Assembly: GCF_036321535.1 (NCBI RefSeq)
Contig: NC_087447.1
Location: 50,780,001 to 50,844,000 of the forward strand
Direction of reading: 5' to 3'
Source: Camelus dromedarius
Taxonomy: Eukaryota
Length of the DNA stretch: 64,000 nucleotides
A program made the translations under genes and the position numbers. Positions 13,053-59,924 of the stretch are shown piece after piece (within the stretch, counting starts at the first letter, position 1; each line of letters begins with the position of its first letter). The notes below the pieces were generated by a model. It searched no databases. It worked only from the letters and a program-made list of their open reading frames with translations, and had not been told where the DNA came from.

Positions 13053-16000
13053 GGAATCAACTGCAGTGTCACTGCAGGTCGTTCTCTGAGATTCCCCCTC
13101 CTGGGTGCCCAGAGCTGCTGGTTTCCCCCCAAGGGTGTCACCTTCATTGTCCCCACACCCCCACCCCAGCCTAGGAGCTTTTGCAGGCAGAGTCTGGGCT
13201 GCTGCTTCTCTGGCCCCAGAGCCTAGCCTGAGACCATGGTAGCCAGAGCTCAGGGAGGTCTGGGTGAAGGGAATGTGATGGTATTGTCCCCACGGGTTGC
13301 TCCAGTGACCATACCCAGACAACACTCAGTTAAGCCTTTCAGAGTGTAGCGCAGCTTATTTCAGATGTTCATTCAATCACCCCAGTGCTCTTGAGGGTCT
13401 CTTGATTGCCACCGTCACCTTGTGAGGGTGAGGCTGGGCCAGGAGCCCCATTTTGCAGATAAGTACACCGAGGCCAAATGAGGCTAAATCCTGCCTGGAG
13501 CCGAGATGTGTGAGGGGAGCTGGCGTGGGGGCAGGTTGGGCCAACAGAGTGAAGACCTGCATTTTATTGGTGAGAACTCTGAGGCACTAGGAAGGGAACC
13601 ATTTTGCCCCTCCCTGAGCCGCAGTCTCCCCACTTGAGGATGAGGATGTCAGTAGGACATTCTGAGGCTCTCATTGGCCTTCTGCCTGGCGTTCAAGGCT
13701 GCCATGGGCCGGAACGTGACATGGGGCACAGCAGAGCCTGGAGCCCGGAAGTACTGCCCGCTTGCCACTTACCCAGAGACGTGGTTGTCATCTGGGAGGT
13801 GGTGAGCCTCCTGGTGCCTCCAAGGAAGGCCCTCCAGCCAGACTCCCAGAGAGCGCCTGGCCTGTGTGCTGCGCACCCTGCCCCGGTGTGGGTCTCCGAT
13901 CCCCACTGCCAAGGCCGTGCTTTGCGGGGCCATTTCTACAGCCTGGTCTCCCTGCATGCATCCTCACCTCCTTTCCATCCAACCTTCTTGTGCATCGTCC
14001 AGGAGCCCCGCTCACACCCCAGCACACTCCCGAGTCCTCAGCCTGGCTTTCCAGCCCCCATGACCCGGCTGTGGCAATGTTTCTGTGCTTGCCCCTTCTT
14101 CGTTCTTCCCTCCCTCCTGCACCATCCTCCAGCCTTGCCTGAATGGTTTCTTCCTCCCAGAATGTTCTGTCCTCCTCCGAACCTTCCACTTCTGCCTCAA
14201 AAATCACAGCCCACCTGTTGAGCTCCTGCTTAGATAGATGCTGCCTCCTCCCTGACACTGTGCTCTTAGAGCTGATCTCTGCTCCTGGTGCGTGCTGGGG
14301 TTGCTGTTTCTCCTTCACCAGGCGCACCTCCCAGGCTGGCCCTGTCTGACTCCTCGCTGCCCCCTTGGCCAGATACAGGCACAGAAGTTGAACAGCGAGA
14401 CAAAACTGACAGGGACTCCCTAGGGCTGATGAGTGGGTCACTGTCTTTGCTTGAGGGAGGGAGTGGTGGGCCAGGCAGAGCAGAGCTCTGACATGAGACC
14501 TGCTCCTGGCTCCATCCTGAATGCATCTCTTCCCTGTCTGAGCCCTTGAGCTCATCTGTGCAGTGAAAACAGTACAGCTCATTTCTGAAGCTGTGCAGGA
14601 GCTTGACCTAGGAATTGAGCCTCAGTTTCCCAGCCCAAGAAATAGGCACCACCTTACCAGGTTTCCAACCTTGAGTCTTGGAGACAGATGGTGCTAGGGG
14701 CACAGACTGCCTTTGCAGGCAGCAAGAAAAGAGGCTGTCCTGGTGACAAAGACAGCCGGCTAGGAAAGAACAAGAAGTGTACCCCTCTCCACCTCAATGG
14801 TGAGAGCCTACAGGCCAGAGAGGGCAGGGGCTTGCCTGGGTCACACAGCCCAGTAGTGGCTTCAGTGACCTGATCAAGTCTCATTTTTGTCAGGTTGTTT
14901 CCCTTATGGGGAGTGAGCAGCACTCGGGACATGCACCTCCAGGTGTCACCCCCTGACCCCCTTAACCCCCACTTCTTAGGAGAAAGAACAGCCCCTGCTG
15001 GGGGTGCTCAGCTGCACCTGCCCCTCCCTCGGCACCTTCTTGCTGGCATGTGGTGCTGAGCTGCGTTTCCCGTTCCCCATGACTTTCAGTGCCCAAACCA
15101 GCTGCTCACCCTGCCTGAGGCTGAGACCTGGCCTGCCCACTGCCCAGGAAGGTTCCCAGCTTCTTCCTGTCCCTGCCCACACCTGGCAGATCCAGCCGGA
15201 TCACAGCTACTTACAGAGGCTTCCCAGTGCGTCCTCACAACACCCAGGTCCCAGTGAGGAGCTGCCATGGGCAGTGGCTTTGGGACTCAACCAGGGCCAC
15301 ACAGTGAGCTGGCCCCAAGGCTGCCCTTCCCCCAAATACACTATCAGGGGGACATCAGTGCCCCAAGATCACTGTCCCTCAGAACTAGTGAGACACCCTG
15401 CACCCCAAACACTCCTGGCTCTGCCCTTCAGCCCCGCTGTGTCTTTTAGTACAGAGGGACTTGGTTGGGTTTATGTTATTAGAAAGATCTCTCTGCAGCT
15501 GGGTGGAGACTGCATTGGAAGCTTAAACGATAAGGCAAGGGCAGTGGAGAAGAAAGACAGGATTTCCCAGCCCCAGTGCCGCCTGCTCGGTGCCGCCTGC
15601 TCGGCGTTGGCTAGAGTGACTCACTGGGCCTGGCCCCCTGGCTCTGCTGCCGGAACCTGGAGCCCCGGTGGCCCCAGCCCAGCTGTCCCTCTTCACATTC
15701 TCCCCCCGCCACCCCACCATCTGTTCCTCAGCACGCGGTGCATGGGGAGACGGGGCCCTGGGAGTCCACATGCAACCAGAGTAGGACCGAGAGAGAGGCG
15801 TTGAGCGTGCTATTGAAGTGGTGGCTTGTGGGGCAGAAGTGGGAGTGGGGTGTAGGATAAAAGGCAGGAACACTTTGATAAAACCAAAACTGCAAATAAC
15901 TAGACAGTCACCAGACTCTGAGGCGCTGTCCTTTGCAGGCCCCATCCCTGGCCTCTGGCCTTCCCCACCCGGGCTCTTGCTCACCTGGGTGACTGCCCCA

Positions 16001-16353
16001 GCCCCTTTCCTCAGCCCTAGCCCTTAGTCTCGCCCCTGCACTGCTCCCTGGCTCCCCTGTGCCCTCAGTAAGAGCCCAAGTCCCGCAGCCCGGCATCCCA
16101 GGCCTGCAGAGCTGCTCCTGCCAGTTTTCCCCACTCAGAGCGCCTCACCCTGACCTTCCAGCTGTTACCTGGTCCTTTCCCGCCTTCCTTTTACCTGGAG
16201 TGCACCCTATCTGCTCTCCCCTCAACTCCGGCCTGGCCTTCCAGCCCTGCTCCGTCCACTTCCATCTTGAAAAGACACCACCATTCTTCCCATCCCTGTA
16301 GCCCCTCCTACAACACGCTTACTTCTGCAAGCACTGACCAGTGTGTCTGGCTT

Positions 16354-16399
16354 AGTTCTTGGTCTGTGTCTGTCTCAGTTCTTGGTCTGTGTCTGTCTC
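16354..16399. repeat. Perfect 23-bp tandem duplication
   Basis: agttcttggtctgtgtctgtctc occurs twice back to back. Confidence 0.9.
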
Positions 16400-17559
16400 C
16401 TTGTGCCTTCCTGGGACTGCTTTGAGGATCTGACCCCCTCCTGTCAGTTCAGGACCAGCTCAGATGGGGGCTGTCAGTGAAGATGAGCAAGTTCTCTGAA
16501 TTATCAGACAGCTGTTCAGCCCTTCTCTGGTCATGTGGCAAAGGGGAGGGGGCCCCGTTGCCTGGAGTGGGGTATGGTGGCCGGTGAGGAAGGTGGGGCA
16601 GGGGTCTTTGCCCGCCGGGCTGTGGGTGTGGGCATCCTTGGCTCCTTTGGCCGGCCCTGGGTGATGCCCACTCTGCTGAGCGATACAGCACCGCGGGCAC
16701 CCACTATGTGGTGTGGGAATTGGGCCACAGAGGAGGGACCCCCAGCAGGCCCTCCTGCGGTCTCCCTTTCACTCCCACAACCGGCTGGTCACCAAGTAGA
16801 GCTGGGCCTCCCGCCCACCCAGCCTTAGGACACGTCTGCTCTCCATTCACACATGAGCTCTGTGGCCTGCCTTCTGGTTTTTCTGCCCCAGGCTTGTCCT
16901 TTTCTAGTGCTCGCTCCAGGTGGCTGCCAGGTGAATCTCAAGTCCCTGCCCTGCTCAGCACCCTTCCTGGCTCTCCACCACCTCAGGAAGAAGCCCAATC
17001 CCTGTGCCTGGCCTTCCAGGACCTCTGGCTGGGATTCTGGGCACCTCACCTGCAGTGTCCTCTCCAACCCCCACTGCTGTTCACTGTCAGCTCAGTTCCT
17101 CTGCCTGAGCTCCCTGCCTGCCCTCAGGGCCCAGGTGTCTCCTGAGGGTGGTCCCTGGCTGGCTGGTACTCCCTTCACAGAGAGGAAACCTTAAGTTGTG
17201 TGTCCGGTGGGGCATGAGAGTGACCTCTCCACCTTGCAGGACCCTCTCTTGGACTTGAGCACTTCAGGTGTGAAAGCCACAAGTGTCCTGAGAGATGGAG
17301 GAGGCTCACAGGAAGTCACACAGTCAGCGTGTGAAAAGGCCAGGCCAGGTCTAGTGCTCTGACCAAACGTGGCGTCCTTCCCTGCTCCCCCTAACCCTGG
17401 GTCATCCCACCCTGGGTGCCAGGCAGGACCCTCCAGGTATGTAGTGTCCAGCCTGATGGCTGGGCTGTGAGGGCCCAGAACTGGTGGGATCAGGGTCACT
17501 AGATTCAGCGAGCCCTTCTTCCCAGGGCCCCTGCACTGGCTTTTTCTGTTGAACATTTG

Positions 17560-18640
17560 GTTAAAGCATAGCTGACCTACAGAACAGTGCATTAATCGGA
17601 GACACACAGCTCAGTGACCCTATCCACGTGGCCACCCGCCTGATCAAGGAGCAGTGTGCCTGCAACCCCGGAAGCCCCCTCATGCCCCTTAGTCACACCC
17701 CAAAAGGCAGTACCTATCCTGCCTTCTACCCACCGTGGACAGGTTACGCCTGCTTTTCAGTTTTATATCAGTGGAATCGTGGTATTGCTTCTCGTCTGAT
17801 ACTGTGCTTGTGAGGGCCACCTGTGGAGTTGCATGCAGCAGTAATTTATTTATTTTCATTACTGTGAAATATTCCATTCCGACACCACATTCGTCCTTCC
17901 TTCGGTGATGGACATTTGGGTGGTTTCTTATTTTCAGCTGTAACAAATACTACCATGCTAAACATTCTTGTACTTGGTTTTTGGTGAATATGTGCATGCA
18001 TTTCTGTTCTGTATATATTTAGGAGGAAAATTACCAAATGGTAGAGTGTGCGTTTGTTCAGCTTTAATTGATGTGGTCAAACGGTTTTGCAAAGTAGTTG
18101 TACCATTTGCTGTCCTACCACCAGTGTCGAAGAGCTGTGCATGTGTGTGTGTGGCGTTTTTCCCGGGAGCCATTCTGGGCTGGGTGTAGTGGTATTTCGT
18201 GCTTTTAATTTGCAACTCCTCGGTAATTACTGAAGTGGAGCTCTTTTTTCTTCTATCTGTTGACCATTCGGACATGCCCCTTTCCTTATGTTTTCTTCAA
18301 AAAGTTTCATTGTTTTACCTTTCAGTTCGATTTGCGGTCTCTGGGTTTTGTGTATAGTGTGAGGTGGGAGTCAAGGTGAAGTTTTTCCCAGCACCATGTG
18401 TTGAAAAGACCATCCTTCTCCTAATGCACTTCTGTGTCACCTTTGTCAAAATCAGGTATCCTTTTTCTGGGGCCTTTCTGTTCTGTTCCACTGGTCTGTC
18501 CGTCTACCCTGTGCCAACCCCGCACCGTGTCAGTTACTAGAGCTGTGTGAAAGGTCTTGGTAACTGCGAGTGTGAGTCCTGCAGCTTGGTCTTCTTCTTG
18601 GCTGTTCTTGGCCCTCTGAGTCCTCGCTCTGATATCCCAT
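17560..18640 (-). mobile_element. Old L1M fragment(s), antisense
   Basis: gatggacatttgggtggtttc; tttcccagcaccatgtgttgaaaagaccatcc; cacctttgtcaaaatcag. Confidence 0.7.
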
Positions 18641-21600
18641 CCCTTAGAGGAAAGCCCCAAGGCTCAGAGAGGTGAGGTGACTTTCCCCTGCCACACAGCT
18701 CTGTCTCATCAGGCAACACCCTGCCCTCCAGGCTTGGTGTAATGCTGAGGCTCCCACCTACACCACCAGGAGCTTAATAGTTTTCTTGAAATCAACTTCC
18801 TTTTTCCTAAATATTTCTTAAAGGAAACTGTGCATCTCCTGTAAGTGGAAAGGCAGTATTACTCTCCATAAATATAAGATTACTGGAAGGATCTTAAAAA
18901 TAAAGACAAAAATCCATTCAGTTCCGGCCAGGAGCTGAGCCTGGAATCTGCTTCTCCTTTGTGAAGTAGGTGGGTCAGGGCTGTGAGGGATTCAAGACTC
19001 GCTGGACCAAACCGAGTTCTCTGTGAGCGAGAAGTGGACAGGGAAGAACTTTCTTACTGACTTTTTGGCCATGGCAGAGCCCCCTCTAAAGAGATCACTG
19101 GACTAACCTGGGGCCTGCTTTGGGAAGCCCAGTGTGATGTGGAGGCTGGAGGCTTGGGGTCCAGTTAACAGGCTGCAGGTTTTGTACATGTTCCTCAATG
19201 TTTTCATCTAAAAAAATGGAACTAAAATTCTCTCTCCTATTACCCCCTGGCTGTGGTGGCTGAAAAGTCCAGGGAAGGCTCAGTGGTGTCCAGCCCTTCC
19301 TGCAGGTGGCTCCATGTGGCCTGCTGCAAAGTGAGCCCTTACTCTGTCCTGTGCACAAATGACCTGTCCCTGCCACCTCCAGCAGGTCCAGGGACAGCAG
19401 ATCAGGCCACACCCTCCCAGAAGGAGGTACACACTGTTTACAAGGTGAGGACAGACAGCTCCGGTAGGGCAAGCCTGGGGCAGATGCCACTTTCTTCCTC
19501 TGTAGGGCTGATAGCAGCTCAGAGGGGTTAGCAACTTGCCTAAGGACACACAGCACTAAGTCATGCAGCTGAGACACAAACTCTGGTCTGACTGTCCCAC
19601 TGGAAGTCTGGGTTCTCTGAGCTCCCTAGCGGGCACTCCCATGCCCTTGTTCTGAGCCATGACAGCACACCCATGCTCAGTCCACGGGGCCCCCTGTGCT
19701 AGGCTGGGTCTAAATCGCCTTGCATTTTCCTGCCTCTGCCTCTGAGCCTTTGCTGGAGCTGTTCCCTCTGTCTGCAATGGCATTTCTTTCCTAAAGGACT
19801 TCTGGGCCCAGGCCTTTGTGAAGGCTTCCTTACATCCCTCTTGCTGGAATCTCTGAAATAATGCATATCCCATTCTGTCTTGTGTCTGTTGGCTACACTA
19901 GACCATGAAATTCCATGGGGACAGGAACCCTGGTAGGGGTCTGGAAACATTGTAGATGTGCCCCAGACATCGGTACTGACATCCCCCTGGGGCCACAGTG
20001 CATTCAAGTATGCAAAATGCTGATCCACTTGGCCATGTCTCATTTGATCCTCCCAGAGGCCCTATCTCGGAGGCCCTTCCAGACAAGGACCATGCAGACC
20101 AGAGAGGAGACATGGCCTGTCTAGATCTGACAGCTTAGAGGGACATTGGGGAACTAAAGCCACATCTCCGTCAGGAGCAGGAGAAGGGCTGGGCTGCAGC
20201 AGAGAGCACCAGGGCTGCAGCACATTTCCTCCTCCTCCTCCATAATGGGGTGTGGGTACCAGCTGGCACCCAGCCATCAGGAGGGGGAGGGAAGAAGGGG
20301 GAGGGAGGGCTGGTCTAGTGGGAGGGGGCTGGCCCTGGCCTTCAGGAGACCTGCTCGCTGGTACGGCTCTGACTTGGAAAGCTGATCCCTCTTGGGAGCT
20401 CATGCCACAATTTGAGCCTGTTTTCCCCCATGAAGGAATTTCTCCTGCATCACCTGCGTTGGTTCATTCAACCCAAATTCACTGACTCCGCCCTGCAATG
20501 TTGGCCCCTCAGAATACAGAAAGGAGCGGGACATGGGCTCTGGCTGACGAGGTGTGGGCTGGGGAGACGGACAGATCATATGCGGAGATGGGGGTACAAC
20601 ATGACGGGTACTGTCACAGGGGGTCTGGGACGACGGAGGTGGAGGGAGGAGCAGGGTCAGGGACAGGTGGGAAGTACTTGGGCTGAGTCTTGAGAGGGGA
20701 CCGGGAATTCTCCAGGAATGTGCATGTGGATGGACAGTGTATGTGAAGGCCCCGAGTGGACAGCTTGAGGGGACTGCGAGGAGCTCATAGTCTGGGAACA
20801 TGGGCCCAGGGTGGAGAATCTTGGGGGTGGGTGAGGTCAGCAGGGACGGAGGGAAGGGGGCAGGCTGGAGGACAGCCAGGAGGCCCAGACTGTCCTGTTA
20901 GTGCTGGGCTCAAACAGTGTAAAAACATTCAGAAGTCAGGAAGTGCCGTGGCCCCGAGCTCAGACCCGGAGAGAAGAGGTCGGGGTTGGGAGGCTGGCTT
21001 TCCTGATTCCTGGTTTCTCTGTGGCCTTTGATGGTCATGCCTAGAACTACAGGGAGAGAGCAAAGCTCAGAGGCTGGTGACTCTGTGACCTCTTAGGGGT
21101 GTTGACCCAATGGAGGGAGTGGAAGGTGACTTTGGGGCAGATGGAGGGTGCAGGAGGACAGTCTGCAGGAGGTGTAGCCTGTGCAAAGGCCAGGGCCAGA
21201 GAGCCTGGCTTAAGTAGGCCAGGGGCAGCCTGGCGGGCAGGGGTGAGCTGGAGACATTGTGGAACTGGGTCAGACCCTCAGCCAGCCAGGCCTGGCCCCT
21301 GTTCTCCTGGGCCCGGGCCCAGCCAAGCGGTCCCCTCTCTGCCTGCACCTCCCTTTTGTCCTCCTCGGGAGCAAACCTTCCCAGCAGCATTGGCCTGGAG
21401 GGCCGCCAGAACCTTCAGTCTCCACCAGCCTGGCTGTGTGACCTCGGCCAGCTCGCTCCTCCTCCCTGGGCCCTCTGGGCTCTGAATGCTGGAATTGCTA
21501 GAGTTGATTTCTGGGCTCCTGCTTTCAGCTTCTTTGATCTAATTCTTGCAGCTTAAATTGCTTCCTGAGCAGGCCCTGCCGGAAACCACGATGCTAATGG

Positions 21601-23579
21601 CTCTCCTGGTGGCTGGGTGCCAGAGCCCAGGGGCTGGCTCTTCAGGCACCCCCTTCTCTTTGCCTCAGGCCTCCAAGACTGGGAGGGTCGGTGGGAAGGG
21701 GCAGGGTTATTGGCCTCCCTGAGCAGAGATGGCCAGAGAGGTTAAGTGGTTGGCTTCAGGTCACACAGCAGTGGGACAAGTGGGCCCCGCATGCTGTATG
21801 GCAGATGAAGTGGCTGTGGGCCCAGAGCAGAGGACAAGCCAGCCCTCAGCCCCTCAGCAGGCAAGGACCATTAGCCATCCCAGTTCTCCCTGCTGTCTAT
21901 CCACGTTCCACCCTCACCGCCCATTCTCACCTCCTTCCCTTCCTGTTTCTCCCCTCCATTGAATACCCCCCATCTTTTCCTTCCTGTGGGGCTGGCTCAA
22001 CCAGGGTGTCTGGGGTGAGGCCTGCCCTGCCCAGCATTCGGCCCCTCCTCCTGCACTGCGGGGTCACCAGGCCAAGGTGGAGGCACCAAAGTCAGAGACG
22101 TGGGGGTTCACATCCAGACTCTGCCATGGACCTCGGGCAAGTCGCCTCCCCTCACTGAGCCTCAGTTCCTTTTCTGAAAAATGGCGACCATGAGAGGCCT
22201 TCCCAGCAGATCCTGTACATAGACCTCTAGCCAGGAGGTTTACATATGGCAGGTGCCAGAGAAATGGAGGTTCTTTCTTGGGAGTGAGAGGTGGCTTGTC
22301 TACTTCTCTTCTGCCTCTTCCCTCTGGCCCGCTAAGGAGTCTCCTCAGACTTTGATTAATTATAACGGCATCTTCCAGTTATTGAAGCAACATTGTTCCC
22401 ATCATGGAGATGAGAAAAGGGGGACTCAGAGAGGTTGAGTGACTTGTTCAAGGCCACACAGCATGTGAGTGGTGCAGCTGGGACTGGCACCCACATCAGT
22501 CTTGCTTTCAAACTTGTGTTCACCCCCAAAGGCAGCCTACCTTGCCTCAGTTTCCTTAGCTGGGCTGGGAAGGTGGGTGGGGCCTGTGCCTTGGGAGGTG
22601 GGGGTTGTGGTGTTGCCCTGAGCAGGCCCCATGATGAGTAGACCTGGGGATATGGAGCTCCCAGAAAGAGTCCGAGATGCAGGGACATAGATGGTGCTGT
22701 CAGTCAGGTCCCTGGTCATTCGAGCATCTCTCCAGGTACCTGATCTGTCAGGTCCAGCTGGCTGCTGCTCCCTCCCTTCCCCTCCACTCCTGGAACCCTT
22801 TCCTGGCCACATCAGTCCAGGCTGTGTCTCTTGCGCAGCACATGGCTACAAGGTTCAGGGTGTTGGACTGTGAGGGGCTGACGGGAGGATGTTGCTGGGT
22901 ACAGCCACCTTCTGTGTCAGGCTCTGTGCCAGGGCTGCATGTGGGTTCAGGTATAGACAGTGCTGCAGAATCTGGCCCTCACAGGGAGTGGGCCTGCTGA
23001 GGGCCGAGAACAGTGGTCCAGGCTGAACACAGCGATATGGGGTCATCAACCAGGGGGGGTGAGTAGACCACTGGGCTTGGTTTGGCCCTTAGGGGACCCC
23101 TGAGGGGGAGGGGAGATTGGAAATGGGAGATGGGTGAGGACCAGCACTAGAAGCCCCTGAAGCCCAGGAAGAGGATGTTCAGGGGTGTGAGGCACTGCAA
23201 GGTCTGGGAGGCCGTGTGGGTGGGAGAGTCTGGCTTTGGAGATTGGGAGGGCACAGGTCGGGGTTGGGGTCCTCAAGGGAGTTTAGACCCCCCAGGACTG
23301 AGGAGCCATGAGAGTGCTCCCTACAGAATGGGAGACATTGATTGCAGAAGGCGGAGTGCTGGAGGGAGGAGGCAAGAATGAATGTGATTGATGGCTGAAG
23401 GGGGCTCCAGGTCAAGGTTCTTCCACACTGGACAGAGATGTGTGGCTCTGGGCTAAGGCGTGAGGGACCGGAGGCGAGAAACTTGGAGACTATGCTGCTG
23501 TTTTCCTGTGGGCGTGACACCAGCCGGGGAGCTACCTGGTCAGCCACTCGCCTGATTCCGCCCTGATTCTGCTGGAGGC

Positions 23580-23600
23580 GGGGGGGGGGGGGGGGGGGGG
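23580..23600. repeat. Poly-G homopolymer (21 G)
   Basis: Read directly from the sequence. Confidence 0.9.
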
Positions 23601-24019
23601 CTGTCTAGGGAGGCTGGTGGAACAAAGGAAGGGAGGGTATGAGTGCGGCCAGGCGGCCTGAGCACTATTGTGCTTGTGCCCTTGGCCTTTTGGCCTGCAG
23701 GTCTGGCGTCACCTCAAAGCATTAGAAATGAGGAAATTCAAGAGTTAGGCTGGTCATTTCCTCTCTCTCCCTGCTCTGCACTACCAGCTGTGTGACCTCG
23801 GGCAGGTCTCTCCTCCTCTCAGCGTCAGTTCCTGGCTGCAGGATGGGGATGCGGATGCCCATTCCCCTGGGCTGCGTGGAGGGGCCACCTCACTCAGAAT
23901 CCTGTGGGAATTCCGGTCCTCAGGAAGTGATGATCTAATCACCTTCTGTCCTCCCAGGTGCCCCAGGAGCCGCCCTCCATTGCCTTGACTTGGTCTCCCC
24001 TCCCAGGGCAGCGGCCACC

Positions 24020-57555
<33,536 letters not shown>

Positions 57556-59918
57556 TACCTGCCCCTCTCCCTGCCCGCAGTTCTCGCCACCATTTGCACA
57601 TCCCCAACCAGGTCAGGGACTAGCCTGGGAGCCCAGACACTGGGGTCCTTTTCCCAGCTTTTCCACTGACTTGCTGTGCGACCTTGGGAGGTCTCTGCCC
57701 CTCTTTGGTGTCCTGAGGACCCCAAAGCATTCCCTTCTCATGGAGGAGTCTTCTTGCCTAAGGTTGAAAATAACCCTGCCTACCCCAGCTGCCACCACGG
57801 CTAAGGGACTCTATCCGTTGAAAACATTTTCTCAAGGCCCTGCTATCTGCCATCGGAGTGCCAAGAAGATGTCACTTGTTTACACACAAACTGCCACACC
57901 CACAAGGCCCACTCTTGCCCCTCATGTCCCAGGCCTGCCCCACTGCCCCAGACTTGCTTTCTCTGTCACTTCCATCTGGTTTTCTAGCCACCTTGACAGG
58001 ACTCGGCTCTTAGGATCCTGCTCAGGCTGGAATTTGGGAAATGTGCAGGTAACATCCGTCTGTTCTCTAGTCCCGTCATTTACTTATTCAGAGGAGATTT
58101 GCCAAATGAGTTAACAATGCTCGCGAGACTCCAGATGGAGCTGGGCCCCTCCCTGCAGCTCTGGGAGACCTGGCGTCTGTCCTGGGCCTCGCCTTTGCCC
58201 TCAGGTCCTCTCAGAGGCAGACGCCCAGAGGAGCTGCAGCCGCCTTCTCTGCCCAGGTTCTAATTTCATTCCCATCCTCTGGTTTAGGGTCCCTGGAGAG
58301 TTGGTGGCAGTGGTGGTGAGGAAGGATGGCGGCCTGCCTCCACTGCCCTGATGGGGGAAGGAGTGCGTCTGGTGTAGTGGGCCAGGCCGGTACAGGGCAG
58401 GATGGGGACCCAAGGGGAGGCACATAACTCCCAGGGACCCCTCTGCTGCAAGACCTGGGCTTTTCCTGGGAGAAGGGACTCTTGGGTGGTGGTCTCAGGC
58501 CTGCCAGAGGCAGGTCACACATTGGACTTGGCAAGAGATGGGTAAATCCATTGCCTGACCAGAGGCCTCTCCCCCAACATTCCCCTCAAAACGCAGCCAA
58601 GGAGGCTACATCCCTCTTGCTGTATGGACCAAAATGCTCCTTTTAGTCCTCAACGTTTTATATTCTTTCTGTTTTAACTCTCAATTTTAACCAGGGGTTT
58701 TTAAAGGAAACTGAAAGCCTGAACCCTTTTTTCTTCTTAAACTCCAGTTGCTGTGATCCTCTGATTTTATTTTGATTCTGCTTGGGGAGGGACGTGGGCA
58801 AGGTCATACCTTCTCAGAGGAGGTCTGGAGGTGGGTGAAGAGTGGGTTGTGTACTGGAATGTTTTGCTGGCACCGACTGTGTTCTTGGACAGCGTTGGTG
58901 CTGTGACCAGATTTGGGTCTCTTCTGTGCCCTTCCAGGGTGCCAGACCAGGTGACGTAAATGAAAAAGTCCAGTTGGTTCAAGATCGGGAATTCCTGTGG
59001 CCTTGCTGGGAATTCCTTCAGGGAACCTGACTTTTTGGCTCTAGATCAGCTGTTGGGGGCAGCGTCCTGGCTGGCTGTGCTGGATTCTTGACTTTGCCGC
59101 CTCACTCTGGCTGGCTCTGCTCCTGTGTCCTGGCCCTGGGTCACAGGAGGGGCCAGGAACTGAATGACACGGAGAACAAGAGGATTCCTCCTCCAGAAGC
59201 TGGGATTTCCCCTTGAGAACCTGAGCCTAGGGCCGGGACTTTGCACGTGACCAGGAGCAAGTCGCTTAAACCTCCTGTGCCTCGATTTCCCCCTTCTGCC
59301 AAGTGGGGCCAACGATTCTTGTTTGTCAGCACTCTTCCTAGCAAGTGCTGAATAAGGGCAAAACAGTACCCTTTCTCTATGTCTGTCTGTATGCGTACAC
59401 ACTATACACGATCACGTAATCACCACTTCTCAGTATCTTCAACTCCCGAGTCAGGTGGAATGGCAAGGGCTGGGTGAGCCAGCCTGGGAACTCTGGGGCA
59501 GACATGTCAGTCTTTGCTTAGCCACGGCCGCCTGGGCTACCAGAACCAACTGGCAGGCCTGTGTGGGCTTCAGCTGGGGGGCTGGGTACTGCACACCCCC
59601 ACCCCCCGCCATCTTCTCAAACAGAATTGGTTTGGCCGCTCTGCCCTTGCTTCCTGAGCTTCTGGGTGGGCCAGGCTGGTTCCTGGCTGTGTGGAGATCC
59701 TGGTCTCCAGGAGGCCCTGGGGACTGGGCAGGTGAGAATGGGACTAAAGGATGGGTCGGGGAAGTTGCTCTGTTGGCCCGGTGCACCCTTTAGCCCACAG
59801 GGGACTCGAGTCCCTATTTGCAGATGGATGGGACCCCCCCAGTCCATACCACCCTGGCCTGGGCTTTATTGCCCCTAGGGCTGAGCACAGGGTCAGGGGA
59901 ATGGAGACCTGTTCTCAG

Positions 59919-59924
59919 AATAAA
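59919..59924 (+). terminator. CAPN5: Probable CAPN5 polyadenylation signal
   Basis: First AATAAA I found after the stop codon, with downstream GT/CT-rich tract (ctgtgtctctctgtcc); 3' UTR about 2.4 kb. Confidence 0.7.

Noticed and set aside
13604..15804. ORFs of 205-266 aa in CAPN5 intron 1
   Set aside because: No recognisable homology; expected by chance at this GC content with alternative start codons allowed
18720..19060. AT-rich block, possible old DNA transposon
   Set aside because: Could not identify terminal repeats or a family; left uncalled pending a Dfam search
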